64,000 nucleotides of DNA from Austwickia sp. (GCA_016711265.1 JADJTI010000004.1:102165-166164); one strand, 5' to 3'. Positions 49,379-59,841 are shown, counted from the stretch's first letter. Program-made: numbers and translations. Notes: a model not told the origin generated them from the letters alone.

Positions 49379-50208
49379 GACGTCGTCTTCCTCTCATCGG
49401 AGCCGGATCGCTGCGCCGAGGAGTGCTCCTGGCCGGTCTTGGGGTGGGCGTCCGTCGCGGCCTGCGGGCTCGAATCCTCATCGGATCCGGCGTGGTAACC
49501 GCCTTCGCCCGGCGCGGTCCACCCGCGTTCGTGAGCCAGCCGCAATCCGGTCAGCGAGGCCTCGCCTGCACCGACGCCCTCGTCGTGGCGACCGTCCGGG
49601 AAGCCGGCCAGCACCCGGGAGATCTCGGTGAAGGTGGCCACCGTCTGGGCACCCCGGCTGGGGTGCACCGGGCGCCCCGCGCGCAGGTCGTCCACCAGCG
49701 CGATGGTGGACTGCGGGGTCATGGTGTCGAAGAACTCCCAGTTGGTCATGACGACCGGGGCATAATCGCAGGCGGCGTTGCACTCCAGCCGCTCCAGGGT
49801 GATCCGGCCATCGGCGGTGGTCTCGTCGTGGCCGACACCCAGGTGCGCGCTGACGGCCTCCCAGATGGCGTCCCCGCCCATCACGGCGCACAGCGTGTTC
49901 ACGCAGACCCCCACGGTGTACTCCCCGTTGCGGTGCCGTTTGTACTGCGTGTAGAAGGTCGCGACGCCGCTGACCTCGGCGGCGCTCAGGTCGAGCACCT
50001 GCGCGCAGAACTCGATGCCCCTGGTCGAGATGTACCCGTCCACGCTCTGGACGAGGTGCAGCAGCGGCAGCAGCGCCGATCGCTTGTGCGGGTACCGCGC
50101 GCAGACCGCGTCGGCGTCGGCCAACAGACTGGCCAACACCTGCTCGTCGTACGGTTGAAGGGTCTGACTCGGCTGCGAACCGTAGTTGGGTGCGGTGCCG
50201 TGGCCCAT
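49375..50208 (-). CDS. nuoE: NADH-quinone oxidoreductase subunit E
   Basis: 277 aa. It has a thioredoxin-like 2Fe-2S domain (...VGVCVNTLCAVMGG...LERLECNAACDYAPV...) plus a C-terminal low-complexity tail. Confidence 0.9.
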   Translation of the reverse strand: MGHGTAPNYGSQPSQTLQPYDEQVLASLLADADAVCARYPHKRSALLPLLHLVQSVDGYISTRGIEFCAQVLDLSAAEVSGVATFYTQYKRHRNGEYTVGVCVNTLCAVMGGDAIWEAVSAHLGVGHDETTADGRITLERLECNAACDYAPVVMTNWEFFDTMTPQSTIALVDDLRAGRPVHPSRGAQTVATFTEISRVLAGFPDGRHDEGVGAGEASLTGLRLAHERGWTAPGEGGYHAGSDEDSSPQAATDAHPKTGQEHSSAQRSGSDERKTTS

Positions 50209-51596
50209 CAGCGGTCCACCCCTCCCAGGACGGGGTCGATTGACGCCACCGCCACGACGGTGTCGGCGACCGTGCCGCCTTCGACCATCGCGGCCGCGGC
50301 CTGCAGGTTGTTGAAGCCCGGGTCCCGGAAGTGCGCCCGGTACGGGCGGGTTCCACCGTCGGAGACCAGGTGACAGCCCAGCTCACCCTTGGCGGACTCG
50401 ACCCGGGTGTACACCTGACCCGGCGGCACCCGGAAGCCTTCGGTGACCAGCTTGAAGTGATGGATCAGGGACTCCATCGAGTCGCCCATGATCTCCTTGA
50501 TGTGGGCCAGGCTGTTGCCCTGGCCGTCGGCGCCGACCGACAGCTGGGCCGGCCAGCCGATGTTCTTGTCGGTGACCATCACCGGGCCGCCGACCTGGTG
50601 CAACCGGTCCAGGCACTGGTCGATGAGCCGCAGCGACTCGTGGATCTCGCCGAAGCGAACCCGGATCCGGCCGTAGGCATCCGAGCTGTCCCAGGTGGGA
50701 ACGTCGAAGTCGTAGGTCTCGTAACCGCAGTACGGCAGGGCCTTGCGCAGGTCGTAGGGCATCCCCGTGGCCCGAAGGATCGGACCGGTCACCCCCAGCG
50801 CCATGCACCCGGTGACATCGAGGTAGGCGACGTCGCACATCCGGCCCTTGACGATCGGGTTCTCCAGGATGAGCGCTTCGAGCTCACGCAACCCGCGGCG
50901 TACCTTGGGCAGCTCGGCGTCGAAAGCCTCTTGGAAGCCGCTCGGCATGTCCTGGGACACCCCGCCGGGACGGATGAACGCGTTGTTCATCCGCAGGCCG
51001 GTGATCAGCTCGATGAGCCTCAGCACGCACTCGCGGTCCCGGAAGCCGAACTCCATGACCGTGCTGGCGCCGAGTTCCAGGCCACCGGTGGCGATGGCCA
51101 CCAGGTGGCTGGAGATCCGGGTCAGCTCGCACAGCAGCACCCGCATGATGGTGGCGCGCTCGGGCACCTGGTCGGTGATCCCGAGCAGCTTCTCCACGCC
51201 CAGGCAGTAGACGAGCTCCTGGAACAACGGGGTCAGGTAGTCCATCCGGGTGCACAACGTGGTGCCCTGGACCCAGGTTCGGTGCTCCATCGTCTTCTCG
51301 ATGCCGGTGTGCAGGTAGCCGATGGCGATCCGGCACTCGGTGACATACTCGCCGTCCAGCTCCAGGACCATGCGCAGCACGCCGTGCGTCGACGGGTGCT
51401 GCGGACCCATGTTGACGATGATCCGCTCGTCGCGGTTGGCGACTGCCTCGGCGACGAGCTGATCCCAGTCCCCGCCCTCGGCGGTGAAGACCCGCCCGCT
51501 CTCGGACTCGGTGGCGCCGGCGGTGGCGAAGACGTCCTCGGTGGTCGTCTCGCCAGACATCCCCGCATCTGCGGTGGGGTCGAAGGCTGTGGACAT
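50208..51596 (-). CDS. nuoD: NADH-quinone oxidoreductase subunit D
   Basis: 462 aa. ...[22 protein letters not shown]... and the C-terminal ...[12 protein letters not shown] are typical of the 49-kDa subunit. Confidence 0.93.
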   Translation of the reverse strand: MSTAFDPTADAGMSGETTTEDVFATAGATESESGRVFTAEGGDWDQLVAEAVANRDERIIVNMGPQHPSTHGVLRMVLELDGEYVTECRIAIGYLHTGIEKTMEHRTWVQGTTLCTRMDYLTPLFQELVYCLGVEKLLGITDQVPERATIMRVLLCELTRISSHLVAIATGGLELGASTVMEFGFRDRECVLRLIELITGLRMNNAFIRPGGVSQDMPSGFQEAFDAELPKVRRGLRELEALILENPIVKGRMCDVAYLDVTGCMALGVTGPILRATGMPYDLRKALPYCGYETYDFDVPTWDSSDAYGRIRVRFGEIHESLRLIDQCLDRLHQVGGPVMVTDKNIGWPAQLSVGADGQGNSLAHIKEIMGDSMESLIHHFKLVTEGFRVPPGQVYTRVESAKGELGCHLVSDGGTRPYRAHFRDPGFNNLQAAAAMVEGGTVADTVVAVASIDPVLGGVDR

Positions 51597-52312
51597 CAGT
51601 GGTAGGTCCTCCGCGTCTCCGGCGGTGCGTTGGTGGCGCCCTTGAACTCCACCGGAATGCCGCCCAACGGGTAATCCTTGCGTTGCGGATGGCCGGGCCA
51701 GTCATCCGGCATGAGGATGCGGGTCAGCGCCGGGTGGTCATCGAAGATCACGCCGAAGAAGTCCCAGGTCTCGCGCTCGTGCCAGGTCGCCGCTGGGTAG
51801 ATCTCGACGATGGAGGGCACGTGCGGGTCGCCGTCGGGGCAGCTGACCTCGACGCGCAGCTCCCGCGACCCGTGGGTGATCGACAGGAAGTGGTAGACGA
51901 CGTGCAGCTCGGCGCCGGGGTCGTGGGGGAAGTGCACCCCCGAGACCGAGGAGCAGATCTCGAAGCGCAGCGACGGTTCGTCCCGCAGTGCCCGGACCAC
52001 GCTGAGCAGGTGCTCGCGCCGGACCACCAGGGTCATCTCGCCGTGGTGCGTGGTCACCCGCTGGACGGAGTCGACGTACGACGCCCCGCCGCGCCGGGTC
52101 AGGGCCTCCTCCAAGCGGTCGGCGATCTCGTCGGCGTACCCGCCGTAGGGGCGCACCGCGGCGCCGGGGAACGCGATCGGGGCGACCAGTCCGCCGTACC
52201 CGCTGGTGTCCCCGCCCTGATGGGGGCCGAACATCCCGGTGCGCACACCACGGACCACCGGGTCGGGGGCGCTGCCGGGCTCGGCCGGCAGATTGGGGGT
52301 GTCGGCGCTCAT
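51596..52312 (-). CDS. nuoC: NADH-quinone oxidoreductase subunit C
   Basis: 238 aa. The signature ...[52 protein letters not shown]... is present. Confidence 0.92.
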   Translation of the reverse strand: MSADTPNLPAEPGSAPDPVVRGVRTGMFGPHQGGDTSGYGGLVAPIAFPGAAVRPYGGYADEIADRLEEALTRRGGASYVDSVQRVTTHHGEMTLVVRREHLLSVVRALRDEPSLRFEICSSVSGVHFPHDPGAELHVVYHFLSITHGSRELRVEVSCPDGDPHVPSIVEIYPAATWHERETWDFFGVIFDDHPALTRILMPDDWPGHPQRKDYPLGGIPVEFKGATNAPPETRRTYH

Positions 52313-52890
52313 CGGGCGATCTCCTGCCGGTGACCGATGGTCAGCAGTCCGACCTGCTGAGAGGTGGGTACGGCGGCCAGGGCGGCGGCCTCGGCGGCGC
52401 GCGCAGCCTTCTTGCGGTCCACGCCCATCGGGGCGTTCTGGATCTGCTCATGCAACGTCAGGAAGGCGTGCATCAGCATCTCCGGCCGGGGTGGGCAGCC
52501 GGGCAGGTACACGTCCACGGGGACGATGTGGTCGGCACCCTGGACGATCGCGTAGTTGTTGAACATGCCGCCGGAGGAGGCGCACACCCCCATCGAGATG
52601 ACCCACTTGGGCTCGGGCATCTGGTCGTAGACCTGACGCAGCACCGGAGCCATCTTGTTGCTGAGCCGGCCGGCGATGCACATGACGTCGGCCTGCCGCG
52701 GCGAGGCCCCGGACTTCTCCATCCCGAAGCGGGCCATGTCGAAGTCGGGACCACCGGTGGCCATCATCTCGATGGCACAACAGGCCAGCCCGAAGGTCGC
52801 TAGCCAGGTGGACCGCTTCTGGAGGTTCCCGGCCAGCTGGGCCAGGTTTGCCGTGAAGACCCCCGAGGGGAGCTTGTCCTCGATGCCCAT
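52309..52890 (-). CDS. nuoB: NADH-quinone oxidoreductase subunit B
   Basis: The internal ATG at 52890 ([11 protein letters not shown]...) overlaps the nuoA stop by 1 nt. [16 protein letters not shown] and PGCPPRPE are present. The ORF-track N-terminal extension overlaps nuoA and is rejected. Confidence 0.92.
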   Translation of the reverse strand: MGIEDKLPSGVFTANLAQLAGNLQKRSTWLATFGLACCAIEMMATGGPDFDMARFGMEKSGASPRQADVMCIAGRLSNKMAPVLRQVYDQMPEPKWVISMGVCASSGGMFNNYAIVQGADHIVPVDVYLPGCPPRPEMLMHAFLTLHEQIQNAPMGVDRKKAARAAEAAALAAVPTSQQVGLLTIGHRQEIAR

Positions 52891-53261
52891 CAGTCCCACT
52901 CCAATCCGCCGCGCCGCCAAACGTAGGCGTAGGCGATGAACACGGTCAGCACAAAGAGCACCATCTCGACGAGCGCGAAGAGGCCGAGCTTGTCGAAGGC
53001 CACCGCGAAGGGGAACAGGAAGACCGATTCGATGTCGAAGATGATGAAGAGCATCGCGATCGTGTAGTACTTCACCGGCACCCGGCCGCCCGCCGCGGCC
53101 GAGGGCGACGGCTCGATCCCACACTCGTAGGCGTCGAACTTGTTGCGGTTGTACCGGCGGGGCCCGATGCCGCCGAGCCCGAGCACCGACAGCGACCCGA
53201 AAGCGATGCCGAGGGCGAAGAAGATGAGAATCGGGACGTAGGAGCCGCTCATCGAAGACAC
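52890..53261 (-). CDS. nuoA: NADH-quinone oxidoreductase subunit A
   Basis: 123 aa with 3 TM segments. ...[11 protein letters not shown]... and ...[15 protein letters not shown]... are present. It is the first gene of the operon. Confidence 0.9.
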   Translation of the reverse strand: MSSMSGSYVPILIFFALGIAFGSLSVLGLGGIGPRRYNRNKFDAYECGIEPSPSAAAGGRVPVKYYTIAMLFIIFDIESVFLFPFAVAFDKLGLFALVEMVLFVLTVFIAYAYVWRRGGLEWD

Positions 53262-53505
53262 GCTCCCCTTTCGGTCGCTGGTGCTGACGTCGTGGTCCTG
53301 GCCCGCCGTGGTGCCGATCTGCAGACAGTCTGCCGTCTGGACGACCCTAGGACGTGTGCGGCCGTCGGGGACAATCCAGACGCTCCAAACGTCGTCATCC
53401 TAGTGAATCCCGCTGCGGTCCGGTTGCCCGGCCCGCCCGCGGGTCGCCGCCGACGATGCTGACGATGCTGCCTTGGGCGCGGGAGACCTCCACCGCAGCA
53501 CCGGG

Positions 53506-54873
53506 TCATGCCGACGGCGCGATCCGGCTCAACACCTGCAGCAGCCGATCATCGAAGCGCCCCCCGCGCGGCTCGCCCAGGTTGGCCATCACCTTCAGCA
53601 GCACCCGCATGAGTGGCGTCAGCGGCAGACCGTACTTCACTGCCAGGCGCATCACCTCGGGGTGTCCGATGAGCTGGGCGAACCCCCGCCCCAGCGTGAA
53701 GTAGCCACCCAGCTCGGCCTTCATCACCCGCTGGTACGACGCCAGCACCCGTTCGCGGTGGGCGGCGTCGCCGCGGGCCAACGCCTGAGCGATGATCTCG
53801 GCCGCGATCCGGCCCGACTCCATCGCGTAGTCGATGCCTTCGCCGTTGAAGGGGTTGACCATCCCGCCGGCATCGCCCACCAGCAGCAAGCCGTCGGCGT
53901 ACAGGGGTTGACGGTTGAAGGCCATCGGCAGCGCGGCGCCGCGGATCGGGGCCGTACGGGTGTCATCGCTGCAGGTCCACTGCGCCGGCATGGTGGCCAC
54001 CCAGCGGCGCAGCACGTCCTTGTAGTCCACGGTCCCGAAGGCCGGGGAGGTGTCCAGCATCCCGAGGCCGATGTTCGTCATGCCATCGCCGGTGCCGAAC
54101 AGCCAGCCGTAGCCCGGCAGCAGGATCTTCTTGGTGGCCGGGTCGCGCAGACTGGCCGGGTCGGCGTGCGGGTCGGCCGGCACCCACAGTTCCAGCCAGG
54201 ACTCCAGGTAGTCGTCGTCGGTGCGGCTGGGGCTCTCGTAGTACGTCCGGACGGCCACCCCCATCGGGCGGTCCTCGCGCTTCTCGCGGCCCATGGCTAG
54301 AGAGATGCGCGAGGAGTTGCCGTCCGCGGCGACGACGACCGGGGCGCGGAAGGTCCGGGTCGCGCCGGTGGCCCGGCCCCGCTCATCCATCACCTTGGCC
54401 AACACCCCGGTGATCGGGCCGTTGGCGCCATCGGCCCGGATGGCGGCAGTGACATTGGTGCGTTCCAGCAACCGGGCACCCCGCGCGGCGGCGAACCGCG
54501 CCAGCGTCTCATCGAGCACTGCGCGCCGCCGGACCATGCCGTACGGCGGGAACTCCGCCACATCCGGCCAGTCCAGTTGCAGCCGGTGACCGCCGCCGAC
54601 GATCCGCAGACCCTTGTTGCGCACCCACCCCTCGGTGGGCACCCCGAGATGGATGAGCTCGCGGACGGCGCGCGGGGTCAGCCCGTCGCCGCAGACCTTG
54701 TCGCGGGGGAAGGTGCCCTTCTCCAGCAGCAGGACGTCCAGGCCGTGCATCGCCAGGTACGCCGCCGTGGTGGAGCCTCCGGGACCGGCGCCGACCACGA
54801 TCACGTCGGCGCTCTCATCCCCGCGAGGATCGGTGGAGGCGCCAGGACCTGCGGTGGTGACGGCGTCGTTCAC
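53506..54873 (-). CDS. Geranylgeranyl reductase family flavoprotein (MenJ-like menaquinone reductase candidate)
   Basis: 455 aa. The FAD motif is present (DVIVVGAGPGGSTTAAYLAMHGLDVLLLEK...KVCGDGLTPRAV). It lies next to the men genes. Confidence 0.8.
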   Translation of the reverse strand: MNDAVTTAGPGASTDPRGDESADVIVVGAGPGGSTTAAYLAMHGLDVLLLEKGTFPRDKVCGDGLTPRAVRELIHLGVPTEGWVRNKGLRIVGGGHRLQLDWPDVAEFPPYGMVRRRAVLDETLARFAAARGARLLERTNVTAAIRADGANGPITGVLAKVMDERGRATGATRTFRAPVVVAADGNSSRISLAMGREKREDRPMGVAVRTYYESPSRTDDDYLESWLELWVPADPHADPASLRDPATKKILLPGYGWLFGTGDGMTNIGLGMLDTSPAFGTVDYKDVLRRWVATMPAQWTCSDDTRTAPIRGAALPMAFNRQPLYADGLLLVGDAGGMVNPFNGEGIDYAMESGRIAAEIIAQALARGDAAHRERVLASYQRVMKAELGGYFTLGRGFAQLIGHPEVMRLAVKYGLPLTPLMRVLLKVMANLGEPRGGRFDDRLLQVLSRIAPSA

Positions 54874-55018
54874 GCAGCCAACCTAACTCACCGGCACGCG
54901 ACCGGCGCTGCCCGGGTGTCGCAGGTCGACAGCGCCGTCAGCGCCGTCAGCGATCGACAACAGGTTCGAGGGCAGGTATCGACGTACGGACGGCGGGCAT
55001 CACGCGGGGTGCGTAGGC

Positions 55019-56341
55019 TTGCCCCTTGTGATCGGCCCGGCCACCCCTCCCGCGCTCTCCTCGCGCACGGTGGCGTTGGCCGACTCCCCCGATCTCGTGG
55101 AGCTGGTGAGCCGGCCGGACCTCGGCGTCGCGTCCGGCGTCTGGATCCGGCAGCGCGAGGGCATGATCGGTTGGGGATGTGCCGCCAGGATCGACACCTG
55201 CGGGCCGTCACGTTTCGTCGAGGCCGACCGGTGGTGGATCCGGGCCGCGGGCGAGGCCGGCATCGACGACCGGGTGCGGCGGCCCGGCACCGGCCCGCTG
55301 GCGTTCGGGTCCTTCGCGTTCTCCGATGAGTCGGGCGCAGGCGCCACGTTGATGGTTCCCTCGGTGGTGATCGGCCGGCGCGACGGGCAGGCGTGGCTGA
55401 CCCGCACCGTGGACAGCCGGGTGACGCCGGAGCACGAGGCGCGGGCATTCCTGGACGGGCCATCCGAACTCGCCCTGCCTGGGCCGCTCTCCCTGCCGGG
55501 GCCGCCTTCGCCCACAGTACCCACGACGTTCGCGGACGGGGCACTCTCGGGGCCGCAGTGGTCGCAGGCGGTCGCCGAGGCGGTGGCCCGGATCGGGACC
55601 GGCGCCCTGGACAAGGTCGTCCTCGCCCGGGACCTGTACGCGCTGACCGGCGCACCGATCGAGCTCGGTACGGTGCTGCGGCAGTTGGCCGAACAGTACG
55701 AGCGCACCTGGGTGTTCCACGTCGACGGGCTGCTGGGGGCCACCCCGGAGATGCTGGTCCGGCTGGAGCGCGGCCTGGTGACCTCGCGAGTGCTGGCCGG
55801 AACCATCCGGCGTACCGGGGACGATCACCGCGACCTGGCCTCGGCCGCATCGTTGGCGCGTTCGTCCAAGGACCTAGAGGAACACGAGTACGCCGTCCGG
55901 TCGGTCGCCCAGGCGCTCGCACCGCACTGCACCTCGATGGCGGTGCCCGAATCACCGTTCGTGGTGCACCTACCGAACGTGATGCACCTGGCCAGCGATG
56001 TCGCCGGTCGGCTCCGCAACGGTGTCACCTCGCTCGGGTTGGCCGCGGCCCTGCATCCCTCCGCCGCCGTCTGCGGCACCCCCCGGGCGGCCGCCCAGGA
56101 GTTGATCGCCGAGTTGGAGGGGATGGATCGCGGCCGGTACGCCGGCCCCGTGGGCTGGACGGATGCGGCGGGCGACGGCGAGTGGGGCATCGCGCTGCGC
56201 TGCGGTGCGATCGATCCGGACGACCCGCGGCGGATGCGCCTGTTCGCCGGGTGCGGCATCGTGGCGGGCTCCGACCCGCAGGCTGAGCTGGCCGAGTCCG
56301 ACGCCAAACTGATCCCGATGCGGACGGTGCTCGCAGGGTAA
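55019..56341 (+). CDS. menF: Isochorismate synthase
   Basis: 440 aa with a TTG start (uncertain). The chorismate-binding core is present (...LDKVVLARDL...GATPEMLVRLERG.V.SRVLAGT...SSKDLEEHEYAV...LHPSAAVCGTP...GRYAGPVGW...GEWGIALRCG...AGCGIVAGSDP..E). Confidence 0.85.
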   Translation: MPLVIGPATPPALSSRTVALADSPDLVELVSRPDLGVASGVWIRQREGMIGWGCAARIDTCGPSRFVEADRWWIRAAGEAGIDDRVRRPGTGPLAFGSFAFSDESGAGATLMVPSVVIGRRDGQAWLTRTVDSRVTPEHEARAFLDGPSELALPGPLSLPGPPSPTVPTTFADGALSGPQWSQAVAEAVARIGTGALDKVVLARDLYALTGAPIELGTVLRQLAEQYERTWVFHVDGLLGATPEMLVRLERGLVTSRVLAGTIRRTGDDHRDLASAASLARSSKDLEEHEYAVRSVAQALAPHCTSMAVPESPFVVHLPNVMHLASDVAGRLRNGVTSLGLAAALHPSAAVCGTPRAAAQELIAELEGMDRGRYAGPVGWTDAAGDGEWGIALRCGAIDPDDPRRMRLFAGCGIVAGSDPQAELAESDAKLIPMRTVLAG

Positions 56342-56489
56342 TCAGGCCCGCCGATGCGTTGCGGCTTCGTCCTGGCCAGAGCTCAGTCTCGTCCGTCATA
56401 ACGATGCCGGGGCGTCGTCCTGGCCTGGTTCTGGACCCCGGACCCGGTCGACGAATCAGCTGCGTTACGTCGTGCTGATGGCAGCGGGC

Positions 56490-56788
56490 TGGGGACACGG
56501 GCCACCCACGCAACCGGGCCAGCGATGTCGGTGGGCGGATCAGCAACGGGTGAGCACACTGGGGTTGACCGCGGCGCTGCACCCCACGGCCGCCGCATGC
56601 GGTACGCCGTGTGCGGCTGCCGAGGCTTTGCTCGCCGAGTTGGAGCAGCTGGGCCGGGCCGATACGCCGGGCCGGTCGTCTGGACGGACGCGACTGGCGA
56701 TGGGGAGTTCGGGATCGCGCTGCGGTGTGGCGAGGTCGACCGTGACCACCCGTCGCGGATGCGGCTGGTCGCAGAGTGCGCGATCTGA
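56490..56788 (+). pseudogene. Degenerate, frameshifted fragment homologous to the 3' third of menF
   Basis: Three segments lie in three different frames: ASDVGGRISNG* / VSTLGLTAALHPTAAACGTPCAAAEALLAELEQLGR / GRYAGPVVWTDATGDGEFGIALRCGEVDRDHPSRMRLVAECAI*. They parallel menF ASDVAGRLRNG-VTSLGLAAALHPSAAVCGTPRAAAQELIAELEGMDR-GRYAGPVGWTDAAGDGEWGIALRCGAIDPDDPRRMRLFAGCGI. There is no 5' part. The left boundary is approximate. Confidence 0.75.
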
Positions 56789-57151
56789 GCAGAGCTTCCT
56801 TCTTGTCTGGCACTGCCTCGCCAGCTTCAGCGGGAGGATCGGGTCAAGCGTCTATTGACGTTCAGCCCAATCCAGGCCCCGACTCGGTCTGGCGACTGCC
56901 GGTGGCGGGGCACTCTTACCTGCCCTGGGCCCACCAGCCCAATCACATGACCACCAGAATCACGATAGATATTGACACATAGCGAACGGTAAGCGCTTTT
57001 GACCTCATGACACCCTCCCGTTGCGAACGCGCTCTGAGTCTACCCCTGGGGCGTCTCCAGACCAGCGGGCTGGTGCTGGGTGGCGTGATCAAATATCGCC
57101 CCACCCAGCGCCAGCCAGACTACGTCACCTTGAGATTGCGCCTTCTGAGCA

Positions 57152-57781
57152 TCAGTATTGGCATGCGAGGTTGAAGTCTGGCATCAGTCCCAACAGCCCC
57201 TGACCGACGGCGCAAGCCCAAGCCCGCCAACCACTAAACGGCGCGCATTGCGCAGACGAAGCGGCAATCCATGCAAGCGCTGCGACCCAAGCAGCCGCGC
57301 ATTGTGGAATACTCTTCATTCGCTGGGCGCCCACCTGCGACTGCATCTGGCGTTCTACGTGTGCCCTGAGTGAGTCCGGCACAACAAGGGCCTTGATCTG
57401 CTTCCCCAGTTCGGGGTTGCCGACGCCGTTCCTAAGCACGAACGCCCCAGAGACGACTTCGAAGTGCATCCCCTCAGTCCGAGCTCTCACAGCTCGTGTT
57501 TCTTGCAAGGATGCGGTCGCCGCCATGCGTCGAAGTGTGATCTCGGGATTTGCGACGACTTTCTTCAGGACTTCGAGGAACGCGTCGCTGTGGGCGAGAT
57601 TTGCTAGCTTCTGGCTGTAGTCGAGATCCGGCGTATTCGACGCCTCGGTCCACGCGGTGAGCCTGGGCGATGCTTGCGCGGGGCCCGCGGCGTTGGCTAC
57701 GGGCGGCGCCAGCGCCAAGGATCCGACGATCAGCGCCGCTGTTAGAGTGCCTGCGAGGCGGCGCTCGTTTGGACGATTCAT
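57152..57781 (-). CDS. Hypothetical secreted protein (signal peptide, Cys-containing C-terminus), low G+C
   Basis: The ATG at 57781 follows a GGGGGA RBS-like sequence. MNRPNERRLAGTLTAALIVGSLALAPPVANA-AGPAQ looks like a Sec signal peptide. The C-terminal ~50 aa hold 4 Cys and several Trp. I recognise no family. Codon usage is visibly less GC3-rich than in the neighbours. Confidence 0.55.
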   Translation of the reverse strand: MNRPNERRLAGTLTAALIVGSLALAPPVANAAGPAQASPRLTAWTEASNTPDLDYSQKLANLAHSDAFLEVLKKVVANPEITLRRMAATASLQETRAVRARTEGMHFEVVSGAFVLRNGVGNPELGKQIKALVVPDSLRAHVERQMQSQVGAQRMKSIPQCAAAWVAALAWIAASSAQCAPFSGWRAWACAVGQGLLGLMPDFNLACQY

Positions 57782-58056
57782 CACATCCCCCTGATGTGTG
57801 ATGCTCCCGCAACGAGGAGTTCGCTGCACAATCGAACGTAATCTCTTGAGGGTGAGGGGGTCTGCCATTGTGCTTGATTCCCCTCTTACCCTCATGTCAG
57901 CGCAAACGAATTTTTTCGTTCGTCGAACGCCAAGCTGATCCCCACGCGCTCCGCCCTGCAGGGATGAACCCCGGACGTCGTCCTCACCCACTCCCGGCGG
58001 GCTCGATACACGCTGCCGTGTGGGTCAGCACCGCCTGCAGTGTGGGATGGACAACG

Positions 58057-59841
58057 TCAGGATGAGCCGCGGAGGGCGGCCTCGGCCAGCGCGTTCAGGG
58101 TGGCCTCGGAGCCTCGACGGTCGACACCGCGGGCGTCGACCTCGACCACGCGGACGCCGGTCGGCGGCCAGGCCAGCACCTCGGCGAGCGCCTGCGCCGA
58201 GGCGACCGAGGTGTGCGATGCGCCGTGGGCGGCGCACCGGGCCGCCAGATCAGTGCCGGTAGGCGTGGTGAAGACGCGACGCATCACGCCCCGGGCGCCG
58301 TCGTACGCGAGCCGCGCCGGGTCGCCGTACTCCAGGGTGCCGAAGATGGAGCCGCCGTCGTCGTTCACCACCACGACCGTCAGGTCGGGCACCGCCTCGC
58401 CGGGACCGATCATCAGGGCGTTCCCGTCGTGCAGGAAGGTCAGGTCGCCGACCAGCGCGTACGTCGGCACGCCGGGCGCCGCGAGCGCCATGCCGACTGC
58501 CGTGGACAGGCAGCCGTCGATCCCGGCCAGGCCGCGCGAGGCCCACACGTCCACCCCGTCCACGTCCCGGGCGACCTCCACGTCCCGGGGCGCCGCGGAG
58601 GCGCCGAGGAAGAGCCGGGCACCCTGCGGCAGCGCATCCAGCACCGCCGCCGCGACCGCCGGCCCCGCCGGGAAGTCCCGCGCCAGGGCGGGCGCGACCG
58701 CGGCGTGGACCCCTTCGCCGGCGCGTCGCCAGGCCGCCGACCATTCGCTCTCCCCCTCCGGCGGGTCCCCGGCCCCGGCGACCAGCCCCATGAGGTCGAC
58801 CACGCGGTGAGCCACGTGCGACGGGTCGGCCCAGCGCCCGCCACCGCCTGCGACGACAATCTCTGTGTCAGGTCGACGCAGCAAAGCCGCGACCGGTCGG
58901 GACAGGGTCAGCCGGCCCGCCAGCACGATCCGGCGCGGCGCAAGGTCCGCGATCAGGTCGGGTACGGCGGCCAGCAGCGGGCCGTGTGGCAGCGCCCCGG
59001 GCCCCGAGACGTCCCGCGGCCCGAACGGCTCGGCGAGCACCGGGTACCCGGCCTGTGCCGCCCAGCCGAACACCGTTCGATACGCCTGGGTGAGCCCGGC
59101 GCCGAGCGTCGACTTCCCGCCGACACCGGTGAGGTCGCCGAGCACGACCAGCGTGCGCGGTTCCTCCCCGAGTGCCACCGACCCAGCCACCGAGTCAACC
59201 ACCGACCCAACAGGGGCCGACGGGATCCGGAGCTCGGTCCAGGGGGCGCCGCCCGGCCGCCCCGCCGGAACCGGCGTCGCCGCCGGGTCCGGCGCCAGCG
59301 GCTCCCGCAGCGGCACGTTCAGGTGCACCGGACCAGGGCGCCCGGAGAAGCCCAGCGCGGCCGACACCGCCCGATCCACCGCGGTGCGCCACGCGGCGGC
59401 CTGCGTTTCCAGCGGGCGCCCGCCCTCCGGCGTACCCAACTCGTGCCACCATCGCACCGCCGCACCGAAGAGTTTTACCTGATCGGCGGTCTGGTTGGCG
59501 CCGGTGCCGCGCAACTCCGGGGGCCGGTCGGCGGACAGCACGAGCAGCGGCACGCCCGCGGCGTCAGCCTCCAGCACCGCCGGATGCAGGTTCGCGACCG
59601 CGGTCCCCGACGTGGTCACGACGGGCACGACCCGCCCGGTGGCCTTCGCCAACCCGAGCGCCACAAACGCGGCGACCCGCTCGTCGACCCGGACGTGCAG
59701 CCGCAGCCGACCCTCCTCCTCGGCTGCCGCCAGCGCGTACGCCAGCGGCGCCGACCGGGAACCCGGCGACAGCACGGCATCGGTCACGCCGCAGCGCACG
59801 AGTTCGTCGACGAGGACGGACGCCAAGCAGACGGCCAGCAT
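58057..59841 (-). CDS. menD: 2-succinyl-5-enolpyruvyl-6-hydroxy-3-cyclohexene-1-carboxylate (SEPHCHC) synthase
   Basis: 594-aa ThDP enzyme. ...PGSRSAPLAYAL...TTSGTAVANLHPAVLEADAAGVPLLVLSADRPPELRGTGANQT... and the C-terminal ThDP motif ...GDLTFLHDGNAL...VVVNDDGGSIF are present. Confidence 0.9.
   Translation of the reverse strand: MLAVCLASVLVDELVRCGVTDAVLSPGSRSAPLAYALAAAEEEGRLRLHVRVDERVAAFVALGLAKATGRVVPVVTTSGTAVANLHPAVLEADAAGVPLLVLSADRPPELRGTGANQTADQVKLFGAAVRWWHELGTPEGGRPLETQAAAWRTAVDRAVSAALGFSGRPGPVHLNVPLREPLAPDPAATPVPAGRPGGAPWTELRIPSAPVGSVVDSVAGSVALGEEPRTLVVLGDLTGVGGKSTLGAGLTQAYRTVFGWAAQAGYPVLAEPFGPRDVSGPGALPHGPLLAAVPDLIADLAPRRIVLAGRLTLSRPVAALLRRPDTEIVVAGGGGRWADPSHVAHRVVDLMGLVAGAGDPPEGESEWSAAWRRAGEGVHAAVAPALARDFPAGPAVAAAVLDALPQGARLFLGASAAPRDVEVARDVDGVDVWASRGLAGIDGCLSTAVGMALAAPGVPTYALVGDLTFLHDGNALMIGPGEAVPDLTVVVVNDDGGSIFGTLEYGDPARLAYDGARGVMRRVFTTPTGTDLAARCAAHGASHTSVASAQALAEVLAWPPTGVRVVEVDARGVDRRGSEATLNALAEAALRGSS

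Noticed and set aside
54930-54950. 9-nt tandem repeat (cagcgccgt x2.3) in the menJ-like/menF divergent region.
   Set aside because: It is a very short repeat in GC-rich DNA. No palindromic character or spacing suggests a binding site, so it is probably chance or a slippage relic.
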